Source: Eledone cirrhosa
Taxonomy: Eukaryota
Direction of reading: 5' to 3'
Assembly: GCA_964016885.1 (NCBI GenBank)
Contig: OZ024742.1
Span: 192,138,001 to 192,202,000, forward strand
Length of the DNA stretch: 64,000 bases
Below, one piece after another: positions 43,575 to 57,483 of the stretch (position 1 is the stretch's first letter; each line of letters opens with the position of its first letter). Below the pieces are notes generated by a model that had not been told where the DNA came from, did no database searches, and was given only the letters and a program-made list of their open reading frames with translations. Both the position numbers and the translations under genes were made by a program.

Positions 43575-44318
43575 ATGATGAAATATATGGAGAATAGAAA
43601 TGGCTGTTTAGTTGCTTTTTAAGGTAACTTAAAATGCAGTGGGAATACGAAGAAAGCAAGAACGAGGGAAGGGGGTTTCCTCATCAGTTGTTTACTGGGG
43701 GTCTCAGATATTTCTAAGCTTTAAAAAAGACAAGATATCTACCGCTCAAGGCGTTCAATAACTGGGTAAGTTATTGGGTAAACGGAAAAAGGAGGGAAGG
43801 AAAGCAAAGGGAAGAAAACAGAAAACAGTAACAAAACAGCGAAAAAAAACAACAAACCAAGCAATATGCGAGCAAATATAGGTAGGAAATCCAAGACCAC
43901 TCGATAAGAGAACTTAAGTTCAAGACTGAGTGGTCGAGAGGAACAAGACACACGTCCGGTCGCCGCAGTTGTAAGTGAGAAGTGAACTGCTAAATGGTCA
44001 GGCGAGGGGGTGAAAGTAAGAGGGAGAAAGGGAGAGCAAGAAAATGGGGTAAGAGTAGATAGGGAGAAAGGGAGGGGAAGAAAGAGGGGTGAGAGTAGAA
44101 AGTGACGAAAAAGGTAGGTAGAAGGGGAGAGAAGAATGGTCACAACGAAAAACATGATGAAATATATGGAGAATAGAAATGGCTGAGTAGTTGCTATTTA
44201 AGGTAACTTAAAATGCAGTGGGAATACGAAGAAAGCAAGAACGGGGGGGAGGGGGGGTCCTCATCAGTTGTCTACTGGGGTCTCGGATATTTCTTTAAAG
44301 ACAATATATCTACCGCCC
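43575..44318 (-). mobile_element. Partial-tandem element: ~165-bp direct repeats around a ~410-bp purine-rich core
   Basis: ATGATGAAATATATGGAGAATAGAAATGG..ATATCTACCGC at about 43575-43745 and 44155-44316. Confidence 0.65.
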
Positions 44319-44319
44319 A

Positions 44320-44402
<83 letters not shown>

Positions 44403-44433
44403 TCAGTATAATTTGAGCCCACAGCTATACGAA

Positions 44434-44626
44434 ATAATTCTTTCTACTTTTGGCACAAGGCCAGCAATTACCCAGTAAGTACAATACTGGTACTTTATTT
44501 TATTGACCCCGTAAGGATGAAAGGCAAAGTTAACCTCGACGGGATTTGAACTCAGACCGGAAAGGGACGTAACTATGCTAGAAAGGATAGCGTCCAACCC
44601 TCTACCGATTCTGCCAATTCACCGCC
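44434..44626 (-). mobile_element. Main-family SINE with diverged TSD
   Basis: CCACAGCTATACGAAATAAT (44419-44438) versus CCACAGGTATACCAAATAAT (44625-44644). Confidence 0.88.
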
Positions 44627-44987
44627 ACAGGTATACCAAATAATATCTCTAATTACTTTATGGTTCTCTGTCTACCCCGTGGTTTCGTGTTCAAATCCAC
44701 GTAACTCACTCAACCGACCACTGCCAATAATATTACCTACAGAGTTAAAGTTATCATCAATATAAGTGATATCGATTGCTAGTTCGCCCGTTTTTTTTTT
44801 ATTTTTGTATTTATTTTTATTATATGTATTTCTCTTTTCGTATTCCATAATAATAATTATTATTATTATTGTTATTATTATTATTATTATTTGATTACTG
44901 ATTAACGAAGTGTGGATCTGTTTTGGGGGTTCATAGATGAGATATGACGCACTTAATTTTATTACGTTACAGACAAGATGCACAACA

Positions 44988-45093
<106 letters not shown>

Positions 45094-45278
45094 TACATTG
45101 GCACGTATATATATTTGGCTATATGTATAAAGAGCCAAATATGAATTACAAATACATTAGAGAATTAGAGATATTATTATCATCAGTTACCAATAATGTT
45201 ATTAAACCAGAAAGATGAAAGATAAATATATATTTGAATAACAATAGAAACAAAACAACAGTATATATATATATACAC

Positions 45279-45360
<82 letters not shown>

Positions 45361-45425
45361 CATATATTATATATATATATATATCATATATATACATACA
45401 AATACATTAAATATATACATATAAG

Positions 45426-45485
<60 letters not shown>

Positions 45486-45579
45486 TATATACACACACAA
45501 ACATATGTATATATATATATATATAATTATATATATATACATATATATACACACACAAACATATGTATATATATATATA

Positions 45580-45633
<54 letters not shown>

Positions 45634-46133
45634 GTGTGTGTGTGTGTTTAGATTTAATCATTGTTTATATCCCGTAAATTAGTGGTTCGACATAATAGAG
45701 ATCGATAAAATGTCTACTAGACTGATTTGCAAAGATCTGGTGGCGCTCATATGATTCACTAAATCCTTTTGAAGTCGTGCCTTTTCATGGTCGCATTCTA
45801 TTGATTGAATCATGGGAAACAAGAAGCTAATTTGAAATGACCCTCGTTCTATCATTTTAAAGTTTATACTTTTACCTGAAAACATTCCATCATAATTTTA
45901 TATCAAAATCTTTATGTTACTATATCCCTCATTCTTTTTATTTATTTAATATTTACTAAATCATAGATAGTGCCTTTCAATGGAATTATGCTAACGAAAG
46001 TGTAAATAAATTCACCCCTTAGTCCTCCAAAGATTTGAATACACCTCTCACATTTTTTTATATGGTGAGTATAACAACCGAAAGAGAAAATTGTTTATAC
46101 TAAAATAAGAATGGATACCCCAAAACATATGTA

Positions 46134-46497
46134 CTCTCGGGTCTCAAATAATAGGTGGAATAACTTGGTGTGTTGGAACAAGTTAATATTGGGATCTGTA
46201 ATTTATCTAGGTTGTCACCGTTGATTTTTTTTGAAACCAGAATTAGTTATTTAGTTTACATATTGAGACCCCAACTCATCCTATTTATTTTATAACGTTT
46301 GGGATTTCTAGTAATGTACTTCTTTTTTGCCGTGTATATATTTCTTTTTAATGATAAATTAAATTAATTGTCGCAGGAATGCTACCACTTAAAATAAAAT
46401 TTCATTCGAGATAGAGTAGCAAAAAAATATTAAGCGGGTCAGGGGAAATCTGAAACATTAAGAATTGGAATGGGGACGATTATTCAAGACCCGAGAG
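46134..46497. mobile_element. MITE / non-autonomous DNA transposon (TA-flanked, Tc1/mariner-like)
   Basis: TIRs CTCTCGGGTCTCAAATAAT and ATTATTCAAGACCCGAGAG (17/19 match). TA on both sides, extendable to TATGTA direct repeats. Confidence 0.7.
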
Positions 46498-46876
46498 TAT
46501 GTAATATTGTTTAAAAAATTATTTGTAATGTTGTATAATACCCAGTATTATCTGTGAGTATACTGGTGTCTTGATTTGCGTTTCTTGCTGCGATGATGTC
46601 TCATGGTGGATTTCGGATTGAGGTATGTCCATCAATTACATATACATCTATGTATATTTTTTAATACTTTCGGCAGGATATTGAAGAGTGTTTTGCCTTT
46701 GAATCCTACGTTCTTTTACTCTTTGATCATGTTGATGATGTGGAATATGCACTGGTGAAATGTCCAAGGATTGACCTAGCTTTCAATTCTGAAGTTATTA
46801 ACCTTTACAATTTGTACATGTATGCGAGGGTGGGTATACTTTTGTGTATGCATTAGCATAAGTTTCCTTAAGTAAG

Positions 46877-46976
<100 letters not shown>

Positions 46977-48079
46977 CGTGTGTGTGCGTGGGTGTGCGTG
47001 TGTATGTGTGTGTGCGTGTGTGTGTGTGTTTATTATATTCTAAGTATACAAAAGCATGTTTAAAGTGCCCAGGCAGTCACGCAGTCACGAACAGACACAC
47101 GCCGTCACGATCCAGCAGAACATTCAGAGTGTGGCAGCTGAAAAGAAAGTGTTACATCAGCATTGAGCTGATACTGTGTTTATCGAACCTAGAAGGCACT
47201 TATTTTATTTGTTAATATTCTTTTACAAACTAAGTATTTTTGCTGAATCTTATATTAGAATATTTAAAGAATTTAATGTAGATATAACCACGATTATTTT
47301 TATATTAGAATCCACGATGTTTACGGAATGAATTAACTATAATCACTTTCCTTTATACTTCATATCTTTTTGTGTACTAATATAGGGGGAATTGACCACA
47401 CTTCATTATTTTCACGGCGTAGACTTCTAATTAACAAACTGTGGTTAGATTTACCGTATATGCACCTTAAAGCTTTTCATATATTTATATAGGTTCTTCC
47501 GTTGCGATTTCCCTATAATAAACTTTCACATAAGGAAGTTTCAAAATCTGAAATAAATATAAAACATAAATCATTAGTTCAAAAGTTATTCGATTTTATA
47601 CAATAGTAAATCAATGTTTTAGTCTATCTGTATCGATGTTATATATTTGATCTATCAGCATGCGCATCAAGGATCATCTATGATCGAGTCATTCATTCAT
47701 ATGTTTTTACATTCGCTCATTCCAATGTTATCCATCAAAATAATTGTTGATATATTTAAAACAATAGCAATAAATTATAATAGAAAAAAATCCTTGAAAA
47801 AGAATTGAAAGAAAAACTGAAAATAGATAATAAATTCTGAAATAAACAAAACTAATAAGTAAATAGAAATATATAGTTGATGGCAACGACAGGCGGTTCC
47901 ATTTTGTTTGTCAGATACATCAACAGTTTTCTGTTGCTGTGATTTATTGTCGTTACAGTTTCACACCCAAGTGAATAAATATACCCACATACATATATGT
48001 ATGTGAGATAGATAAACAAATAAAATGAATAAACATATCATGGGAATAATTCCCTCCTCCCTCTCTCTCTCTTTCTCTG

Positions 48080-48166
<87 letters not shown>

Positions 48167-48273
48167 ACATATAATGGTGCTTCTAAAAAATTGACAAATG
48201 GCAATACATTGTTGAATGTATCTTTTAACACATGCGATGTATACATTAATACACTAAAGTTTTACTGGTTGAA

Positions 48274-48319
<46 letters not shown>

Positions 48320-49084
48320 TTGTGTACATACATATATATATATAGAGAGAGAGGGGGGAGATGGGGTGTTTAAAGAGTCGAAGTCATTGTTGCAGATTTC
48401 AGTCTTAGGACTGAAGCCATGGTAGTGTTTCGTCGGTCATATCGGGTCAAAACCTATATCTGTCTTCATAATGCTTTCTTTTATTTTGCAAATCTATCAT
48501 ATACGCTTGAAAATAAGTCGCATCATTTTTCTTCTCAAATTCGGCATGAAAATCTACTAAAAGACTGATCAACTGAATCTAGAGAACTTCGATTTAAATC
48601 TATTACTGTGCCAAAAATATATTTTACGGCCAATTTCGAGATAAATCAGGGATTCTTATGAGTTTCATGACAGACTTAATACACATAATGGAATTCTTTT
48701 AAGGGATTATTTTACGGCTCCTGAGATTAACTCTTTTAACTGGCAGCAGGGTTTAGCGGTATTTAACAGATATACAAAGATGCACTGAGCCAAGAATATT
48801 CTATGTAAATGGGTGTGAGACTTATCTAACTTTGTGACATATATACGAGTTTATATGTTGTATGATTTTTTTCTTTTCTTTTGTGAATTTGTATTACTGT
48901 TTGTTTGTTTCTTTAATGAAGCACTTACTCTCTCTATTTATGAAGGGGAAAGTAATACAAAGTTTCATAATTGTTTGCAATGACAATGTCAAATTATGGG
49001 AACTAAAAATAGCTCCACACAAGAAACGAAACCAAATCATTACCTTGGTACATAGTGAGATACCAGCGCTCTAAAACAACCACG

Positions 49085-49320
49085 TGCCCTAGCGGTTAAA
49101 TGTTTAGGCTAAATATCGTAATTTCGTGGGCTCAGTTTTTGGAGAGAGTGACGTGGTGATTTATTGAGCGACGTAATTCATTTTATTTTACTCCACTCCA
49201 CTCAGCTGCAAATGTGTGCCAACAGCAGGCTGACCTGCGATGAGATGGCGTCCTTTCCAGTAGAACGCCTTGTGCACTAAGTAAATTAACGCAAAAGAAA
49301 CTGAAATTAGTTCCGGTCTA
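49085..49320 (+). mobile_element. Highly diverged second-family SINE
   Basis: CTAGCGGTTAA.. head; CTCCACTCCACTCAGCTGCAAATG..CCTGCGATGAGATGGCGTCCTTTCCAG. Confidence 0.5.
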
Positions 49321-50702
49321 ATTATCCTCCGAAATGGAATCAATCAAAGCATTGGAAATTGGAAATGTCAGGCATTTTTTTTAATGTTATTTATTCATTT
49401 AGAATTATTTTGAAAAAGCCAGGACAATGCAAGCTAGAGATAAAGGAGTGAAAACAGAGTAAAGTAAGACAGGACAAAACGGACGTTTACACTTATATTT
49501 TACATTTCATGATATTTCGGAGTATAAGGCACCTTTTTCAAAAGAAAAAAATTGTAGTCTGATAGGGATATCGGGATTAGCTAAAATACAAGATAAAAAT
49601 GAAAACTCTTCTTTGTTTTTTCTTAATTGACTTTCCCGCTTGTTGACGCCACACGGCCGAATGCTTAAGCGGTTTGTTTCGCAATCATTAAGTCTTAGGT
49701 TCGATTCCCGTAAAATCTATCCAGCGATTCTTTCCCGAGACATTTTAACCATATGGCCATAGTATAGTAACTATGATCTTTCAATTCGGAGAAGCAGCGA
49801 TTCCACCTGGACTGACTTTTCGAACTACGCACCCTATCGTGCAACGTTACTCATGACCCATTTCGGCTGCTTGTATTCGTAATCGTATTCTTTCAGTCAT
49901 TACACAAGATTCATGACCACAGGTAAGGGTTGGCACGAACACCGAATGTGAGAATATGGAGAGGAAAATCTATAAATTTTTAAACGAAAAATGTTTCGGT
50001 GTGAAATGGAATGGGAATAATCTTATTATTTGATCTCGTGACTTTTACCCTGAAATGTTTAATGGAGAGGTTTTTAAATTATTGTTTAAATTATTTGTAA
50101 TAACTTGATATAAATTTTAAAATCTTATTTTATATTTATAATCTGGTGGCGTCTCATTACATCTCTAAGGCTGTTTAAGTGTTTCGAGAAAGTTAAGATT
50201 TCGATCTTGAACTGTAAAATTCTTAATTAAATGTAAATTTGACGAAATCTACTATTGAATTTCAAACGCCTTAATTTTAATCACGGTACAAGAGACGAGG
50301 AAGAGGAAGGGATTACACTGTGAAAGATTGTATTTGCCAACTTTTCTCTACTAATATAATTAAATATGGAACTGATTAGTTTAGGGGTTGAACTCCGATC
50401 AGAAAATGAATGTGAATGCCAGATACGAAAAACATGAAAGAGAATTATAAGTGTGTAGCCGATGGATATAGTATGAAAACTATGTCAGCTATTGTACTCA
50501 TTCGTGACTTAACCTCTACACTAGTCAGGTGCACTGATACAAGATAATCACTTACAAAAGTACTTTTTACTATTTTCCTTCGAATACTATTTTACTGGAA
50601 GCAGACATAGGAGTACGGCCATGCTGGGTTATCATCTTCAATAGTCTCTTTAATTGCTCATATCACCCCGAGTATTTATAAGTTTCATACTTATTCTATC
50701 AA

Positions 50703-50921
50703 TCTTTATTGTTCAATTTCTAAGTTAGAGCTTATAAACAAGCAGGGCCAGTTGTTAAGTGGGACAGATATACATACTGACATATGAATGTATGTATGAG
50801 GTACTATTAACTTAGACATGGCATGGGCCACTACTGACCGAAATCTATCAAAGTTTTCAAAGTAAAGTATATATATATATATATATATATATATACCGAA
50901 ATCAAAGCTATCAAAGTAAAG

Positions 50922-50965
<44 letters not shown>

Positions 50966-51134
50966 CTTTACTTTGATAACTTTGATAGATTTCGGTCAGT
51001 AGTGGCCCATGCCATGTCTAAGTTAATAGTACCACATACATACATACATTCATATGTCAGTATGTATATATGTCCCGCTTAACAACCGGCCCTGCTTGTT
51101 TATAAGCTCTAACTTAGAAACTGAACAATAAAGA
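50703..51134. repeat. Inverted duplication, ~166-bp arms centred on (TA)n runs
   Basis: 50703-50868 is the reverse complement of 50965-51134. The spacer holds a third short copy (50896-50923) between two TA runs. Confidence 0.9.
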
Positions 51135-51230
51135 AAAAATGTTAAAATAAATTTCAAAAAATTCATATAGTAAGTACAGTGGATTTTTTGAAATTTATTT
51201 TAAATTTCTTTCTTTATTTGCTTTTCCTTG

Positions 51231-51302
<72 letters not shown>

Positions 51303-52077
51303 GAGGTATCCACAGTGTGTTTTAGGGTCTATTCTGCATGAAGAACTCGATGTAATCCTTATGTTGAAAATGTTGTAGGTTAAGATAAATCTCGGAAAAC
51401 AATAAAACATTAAAAGGAAAACAGAGTCATGATATAAGTTAAAACAATGAAATAAAAAATCAAGTCATTAGAGATATACTTCACTGCTTTACGCTCGTTT
51501 CTAGATGATGATAATACATTGTAGCTATACTCCGTTATTGATCTATGTAAGGTTAGTTACAAAATATCAGATAAAGAGAATATTTACTTACATGCATATC
51601 ACCAGCTGTTTTCAAAAGCAATAATAATTTTATTCAGAATTAGTAGTATGTTAGTATCCTGTCCTTATTTGGAGGTTGTTGAAGAACTAACGAATCAAAT
51701 TGTTTTTTTCATAAGGTGTTAAGATGAAAAGTAATAAACTTTAGTTGAGGTCATGACCCTTTGAAAGGAATGGTTGAAGGGTGTTAATAGTAGAATTGGC
51801 ATAACTATCTATTAGGAAGAAAGGGATTGTCAAACTGATAGTTGGATGTATCTGGTATAGTGAAGTTTAAAAGGAATGTCAAAATAAATGGTGATTAGTG
51901 TTGTATTGTGTTTTTAGGTGAATATAAATTAAGGATATGGCTAGGAAAGACAGTATATTAAAAGATGAAAATTATTATAAGATAATGAAATACAGTAATG
52001 CGATAATATACAACTTAACTAACACAGTATAGTACGGTGTGGTAAATTGCACTTAGTATAATACAGCATATGATATA

Positions 52078-52142
<65 letters not shown>

Positions 52143-52262
52143 CAAGGAAAAGCAAATAAAGGAAAAATTTTTGAAATAAAATTCAAAAAATTCACTGTAC
52201 TTACTATATGGATTTTTTGAAATTTATTTTATAAATATTTCTTTATGTGCTTTTCCTTGATT
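51131..52262. repeat. Small hairpin element (52140-52262) and an oppositely oriented truncated copy (51131-51232), flanking PLE-like remnants
   Basis: AATCAAGGAAAAGCA..TGCTTTTCCTTGATT terminal inverted arms. 51330-51470 resembles 34535-34660 (ATGAAGAACTC.ATGTAATCC..AGGAAAACAGAGTCA.GATA). Confidence 0.65.
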
Positions 52263-52539
52263 TTATATGTTCTGGGTTGTTAATTTATTAACTTGCCATT
52301 GAACCACACTTGCATACGGTCGGACTATACTTGTATCCCTGTGTGTATTATTTACATGCATGAACACATATTTTTATTATATATATATATACTTGTTCAT
52401 ACTCAGAGCAGACCTGTTTACTTGGACCATGCTCTCCTCTGTCATCCACCTTTCTCCAAATTTGCTGGAAATCAGTACTTCCCCTTAACTTTGATCGACT
52501 TTTTGAAGTAAAGGTTGAAATGTTTGATGAGGGCTTGGA

Positions 52540-52757
52540 TAATAATGGTTACTTATATAGGCACAAGGTCAGCAATTTGGGGGGAGGGAAAAATCGATTA
52601 AATCGACCCCAATGTGTGACTGGTATTTTATTTTATCGACCCCATAAGGATGAAAGGCATAGATAACCTCGGCGGGATTTGAACTGAGATCACAAAGGGC
52701 CGTAACTCTATGCTGCAAAGCATGGCGTCCGGCCCTCTACCGATACTGCCAATCCAG
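52540..52757 (-). mobile_element. Main-family SINE, long subfamily
   Basis: Includes the GGGGTCGATTTAATCGATT..CCC segment on the minus strand; A and B boxes present. Confidence 0.88.
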
Positions 52758-53495
52758 CCCAACTCTACTTGACATCATCAACAGAGATAATAAAAAGAAG
52801 AGTGAGAAGGGGATATAAGAGTGATATAGATATATAGAAATAGCCAGAGAAGTAGTGAGAGATAGAAGACCGAGGGAGGAGGAGGAGAATAGAGTCATGG
52901 AAATATAGAGACATGTGTAGAGAAATAGTGAGAGAGAGATACAGAGAAAGAGGTGTAGAAGGGGAGTCATATAAATATACAGATATAAAGGGAGGGAGAC
53001 AGATAGACAGGCAAAATGAGATTTTAGTGAGGAACTAAGAGAGAGTGAGATAGTAGGGAGGGAGAGAGAGAAAAGCAATTTAAGCAATATGAACATCCTC
53101 ACCTCTTCCATCACAACCATACCTCATCCTATAGACGACAACAACAATTCCACCATCATTACCACCACCACATATATGTCTACATACAATAACAGCATCA
53201 CCACAACCACAACGATCTCCATATCTTCGCCTACAGACAAAAACACAACAGCAATGTCTGTAGACAACAACAACAAACAAACAAAAACGACTACAACTAA
53301 AACAAGACTAATCAAAGGTTCCTCTCCACACCGCCAACCTAAATAAAAAATAACAACAAACACTAAACATTAAGTCGTTATTGATTGTACTGCTCAACAC
53401 CAAACGCTGCTGTAACCAATTGTGATTAAACTGCAGGAAATTTGCTCAAACGTAACCGTTTCTACGCGTACAAACTCACACACACACACACACAC

Positions 53496-53533
<38 letters not shown>

Positions 53534-53630
53534 ACATATATATATATATATATACATACACATACATATATATATATATATACATATATACAGTACATAT
53601 ACAAATATATATGTGTGTGTGTGTATGTTT

Positions 53631-53717
<87 letters not shown>

Positions 53718-53991
53718 GCACACACTTTAGTTTGATTTTATAATTGCTTTATATTTATTTTCTATTGGTGCTTTAGTCATTTTAGTCATGTTATTTTGTA
53801 GTTTACAACTATTATGTTTTATTTTTGATATTTTTATTTTTTTGTTTTAGTTATTTATTTATGTATTTTTGTCTATCAAATACTTCTCCGTATCGATTTA
53901 CTGTGAATTTTGTAAAAACAAACAAATAGACATGGTTGATAATCAATAAAGGAAGCATCGAGTTACAACTGCCGTTACTGGAATGTCACAG

Positions 53992-54220
<229 letters not shown>

Positions 54221-54829
54221 CGACGACGACGACTGTGGTGCCGGCGACGGTGGCGGCATCTACGAAGACGTCTGCAACGATGACGTTGCCGATTGTTACA
54301 TCTATTAGTAATCATAATAAACAAGCAACACTGACTGGGAGTTCAAGGCTAAAAGGCCAGATATTGCTTCTAAAAATGAGCACCAGAACAAGTAACAATA
54401 TATTCTAGTTGAAGTATGTTGAAGTAACAGTTCCAAGAGAGCGTAATGAATCTCTAAAAAGTGGAGAAATTATTCAATCATAAATATCTAGAAATAGAGA
54501 TGACCAGAAATATGAAAATATATTGATCTGGAAATAGAGGTAGCTAAAAACAGAACTAATCCGTAAATCGTAATACATTCTTTGAAATGATTTCAAAACT
54601 AAGTATATAAATACCCAAGTAAAACCAAAGGATTTACAAATAACTATATACAACTGGTCACTGCATATATGTTATGTAGAATGCTTTCAATTCAATAGAA
54701 ACAACAGCAAAAATATCATATTACCCATGTCAGACCTATCTAATCTAATCTGGCCGAGTTTACAAATAAGAAGAACCAGGGCAGCCCCTAGGAGCATTGA
54801 ATTTGGTCTACTTCATATTTGTTTCGGTT

Positions 54830-55222
54830 ACTGAATACAATCAGGGGTTGCTGCTTCTCTTGAAGGTCAATAGTTCTTTTCTAACTCGAGCGGGAGCGCC
54901 TTTCCATTGTCAATTTGCATTAATCATCTGCAAAGCCGCATTGTTCTCAGAACCCCTACACCAGTCCTTCGATGCGTGCAGCTGGATCTACTGCTACCCA
55001 TTGATTTGGCAAGATTTTCTTTTTTTTTTTAGAGGCCGTTGACTCTTATGAGTTCTTCCACCCTTTTTCAGGTTTTGTTTTTTGTCCTGAAAGGGTGTCC
55101 AAAATCCCCCTCCTCACCAAGTAAACTTGGTGGGGTTGCCGATTTAGTTATCGACTACCCGACCATGCGACAGGTTTTACTGGGTTACATGCTACCAGTA
55201 GCATTCAAGAGTGACCTAACAT
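54830..55222 (-). mobile_element. Diverged RTE-like element, 5' region related to type A
   Basis: 55035-55222 aligns by eye with the reverse complement of 5973-6160. Confidence 0.65.
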
Positions 55223-55750
55223 CAATAATATATCTAATATATAATGTCAAACCTACCAACCTCTAAAATCCCAAACGGGGAGTACTATGAAAAAAAGTGC
55301 CTCAATACGGGGAGAAATGAGGCAAAATGGGAGAATTTACATAATGAAAGCTATACTCATTTATACAAGAGAAAACATCCCTCGGCCGCCCCAAAGTGGA
55401 TGGGAGATCCCCCCGTCGGACGAGGAGAGTTGACAAGTCTGACATGTCCAAGCCAGGAAAAGCTGTGTTCAGTAATGCAGTGAACTCGCACAACAAAATA
55501 GGACTAAGATTGAGAATGGTAATCTGGCTGAATGATAGCATTTCACGTCACTATAATGAGATCCCGAGTTCAATCCCACAGTGTGGCCTCTGGGAGAAAT
55601 ATCATCGAATATAATGTTATTTTCACAAGATTAATTAATTGCTGGCTAGTATATTATATTATATTATATTATATTGTATGGTATTATATTATATTATATA
55701 TTATATTATATTATATTATATTATATCATATTATATTATTTTATATTATA

Positions 55751-56643
55751 CTAGCAGTAAAGCCCGGCGTTGCTCGGGGTCGCTCAGTAGCTGTGTTAAA
55801 GTTACAATGTTAAGTTTCTTTCTTGGCTTAAAAACTGTAATGTCTACCGTGCAGACTTGCATGTGGTGTTTTTGATTAATATTCCCTCAACCAACAATAT
55901 GCCTTATGAAGTTAAGAAAACATAACGATAACCCGAATGTTATAACAAAAGAGGATGCTGGGGATAAAAACTGCACTGGTTATTTATTAACAAAGATCGA
56001 AAATGTAAACACTGCAACGCAGAGAAAAACATTAGCGTAACCAAATTATCAGTTATGTCTGTCTGCACGCCTATATCACCTCTCTGCACGACTGTCTGTC
56101 TGCACGCCTATATCACCTCTATGCACGACTGTCTGTCTGCACGCCTATATCACCTCTCTGCACGACTGTCTGTCTGCACGCCTAACGAAATTTACAGATA
56201 CATATATTTTATATAAACTTATATAATTTTTGCTTTTTTTTACGAAATATTTGCTTGTTTTAAGTAGTTTTTAAATAGACTTGTTTTCAAGTAAAAATAT
56301 TGTTTTAAAAGGCTTGTTTTACGTAGTCTTTAAATCGTGTATTGTGTTAATGTCATTTTAAACGCTGAGAAAGCCAGCGTAATTTTTTTAATTTTTGCAC
56401 GCAGACGCTCAATGTAAACAGAACAAAGGGAAATAACTGATCACTTACGCTCAAAAATCGATACATTATATTCGATTTCGTCACATAGGGTGGGTGAATT
56501 TGAAATTTTTTTTTTCCGATGTCTTCGCTAGGGCTCAATGTACAAGTCTAGCAATTTCGGTGCAATTCCGTGAGAGATTCTAAGAGGAGATGTGTGCCAA
56601 AAATCGATAGACAGACAGACAACCACAGTTTTATATATATAGA
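55751..56643 (-). mobile_element. Non-autonomous Helitron, complete (~890 bp)
   Basis: Minus strand begins TC(TATATATATAAAAC) and ends hairpin CCCGAGCAACGCCGGG + CTTTACTG-CTAG. Inserted between A and T inside a (TTATA)n tract with no TSD. (GTCT)n near the 5' end. Confidence 0.88.
56056..56184. repeat. 37-bp tandem repeat (3.5 copies) inside the Helitron
   Basis: TGTCTGTCTGCACGCCTATATCACCTCTCTGCACGAC starting at 56056, 56093, 56130 and 56167. Confidence 0.95.
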
Positions 56644-56655
56644 TTATATTATATT

Positions 56656-56825
56656 CAGTATCGGTAGAGGATCGTAAGCCATTCTTTGACTCATAGAGTT
56701 ACGACCTTACCATTCTGAGTTCAAATCCCGCCGGGGTTAACTTTGCCTTACGGGGTCGATAAAATAAAGTACCAGTAATGCACTGGGTAATTGTTGGCCT
56801 TGTGCCAAAAGTAGAAACAATTATA
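56656..56825 (+). mobile_element. Main-family SINE
   Basis: Consensus match with a small internal deletion; followed by (TTATA)n. Confidence 0.88.
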
Positions 56826-57295
56826 TTATATTATATTATATTATGTTATATTATATCATATTACACTTTACTATATTATATATATTGTATCAAGTCTTTG
56901 ATACTGTGTGCATTAAGATCCCAGTTGAAATGCTTCTGATTCGGAAGGTTTTACTCTTGTCACACTAATTTTAACACTATTTAACTGAGATATTGTATTC
57001 TGTGGCATTTTTTTTATTGTTATATTTTGTGGTTAGGTTGGTTTATACAGGGGCAAATGTTATATATCGTATCATGCCTCTGATAGTGTGTGGATTAAGA
57101 TCCTCGTTGAAAGGTTTCTGGTACGAATGCTTTTTTTGTTGTTTTGGGAGTTTATTGTGTTCTTATTTCTAATTTTATTTGACTGGGTAATTGTATTTTG
57201 TGTTGTGTATGTTTGGTTTGTTCAAGCTTATAATTTGTTGTAGGGTAGGGTTTTGTAAGGAAAGATTATATGTTATATCATATTATAATATAATA

Positions 57296-57483
57296 TAATT
57301 GTTTCTACTTTTGGCACATGACCATCAATTATCCCAGTGCATTACTGGTACTTTATTTTATCGAACCTGTAAGGACGAAAGGCAAAGTTAACCTTGGTGG
57401 GATTTGAACTCAGAATGGCAAGGGCCGTAATTCTATGCGTCAAAGTATGGCGTCCGACCCTCTACCGATGCTGCCAGTCCACC
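57296..57483 (-). mobile_element. Main-family SINE with TSD
   Basis: TATTATAATATAATATAAT at 57281-57299 and 57484-57502. Confidence 0.88.

Noticed and set aside
49652-49712. tRNA-like sequence with GGTTCGATTCC (also about 55515-55590)
   Set aside because: No complete cloverleaf or acceptor stem; more likely decayed SINE heads than tRNA genes.
49890-49930. Possible 25-nt micro-exon (TTCTTTCAG..CAG|GTAAGG)
   Set aside because: Splice-like motifs alone are insufficient without transcript evidence.
55248-55441. Possible hAT-like MITE with weak terminal inverted repeats
   Set aside because: TIR match is poor and no 8-bp TSD is visible.
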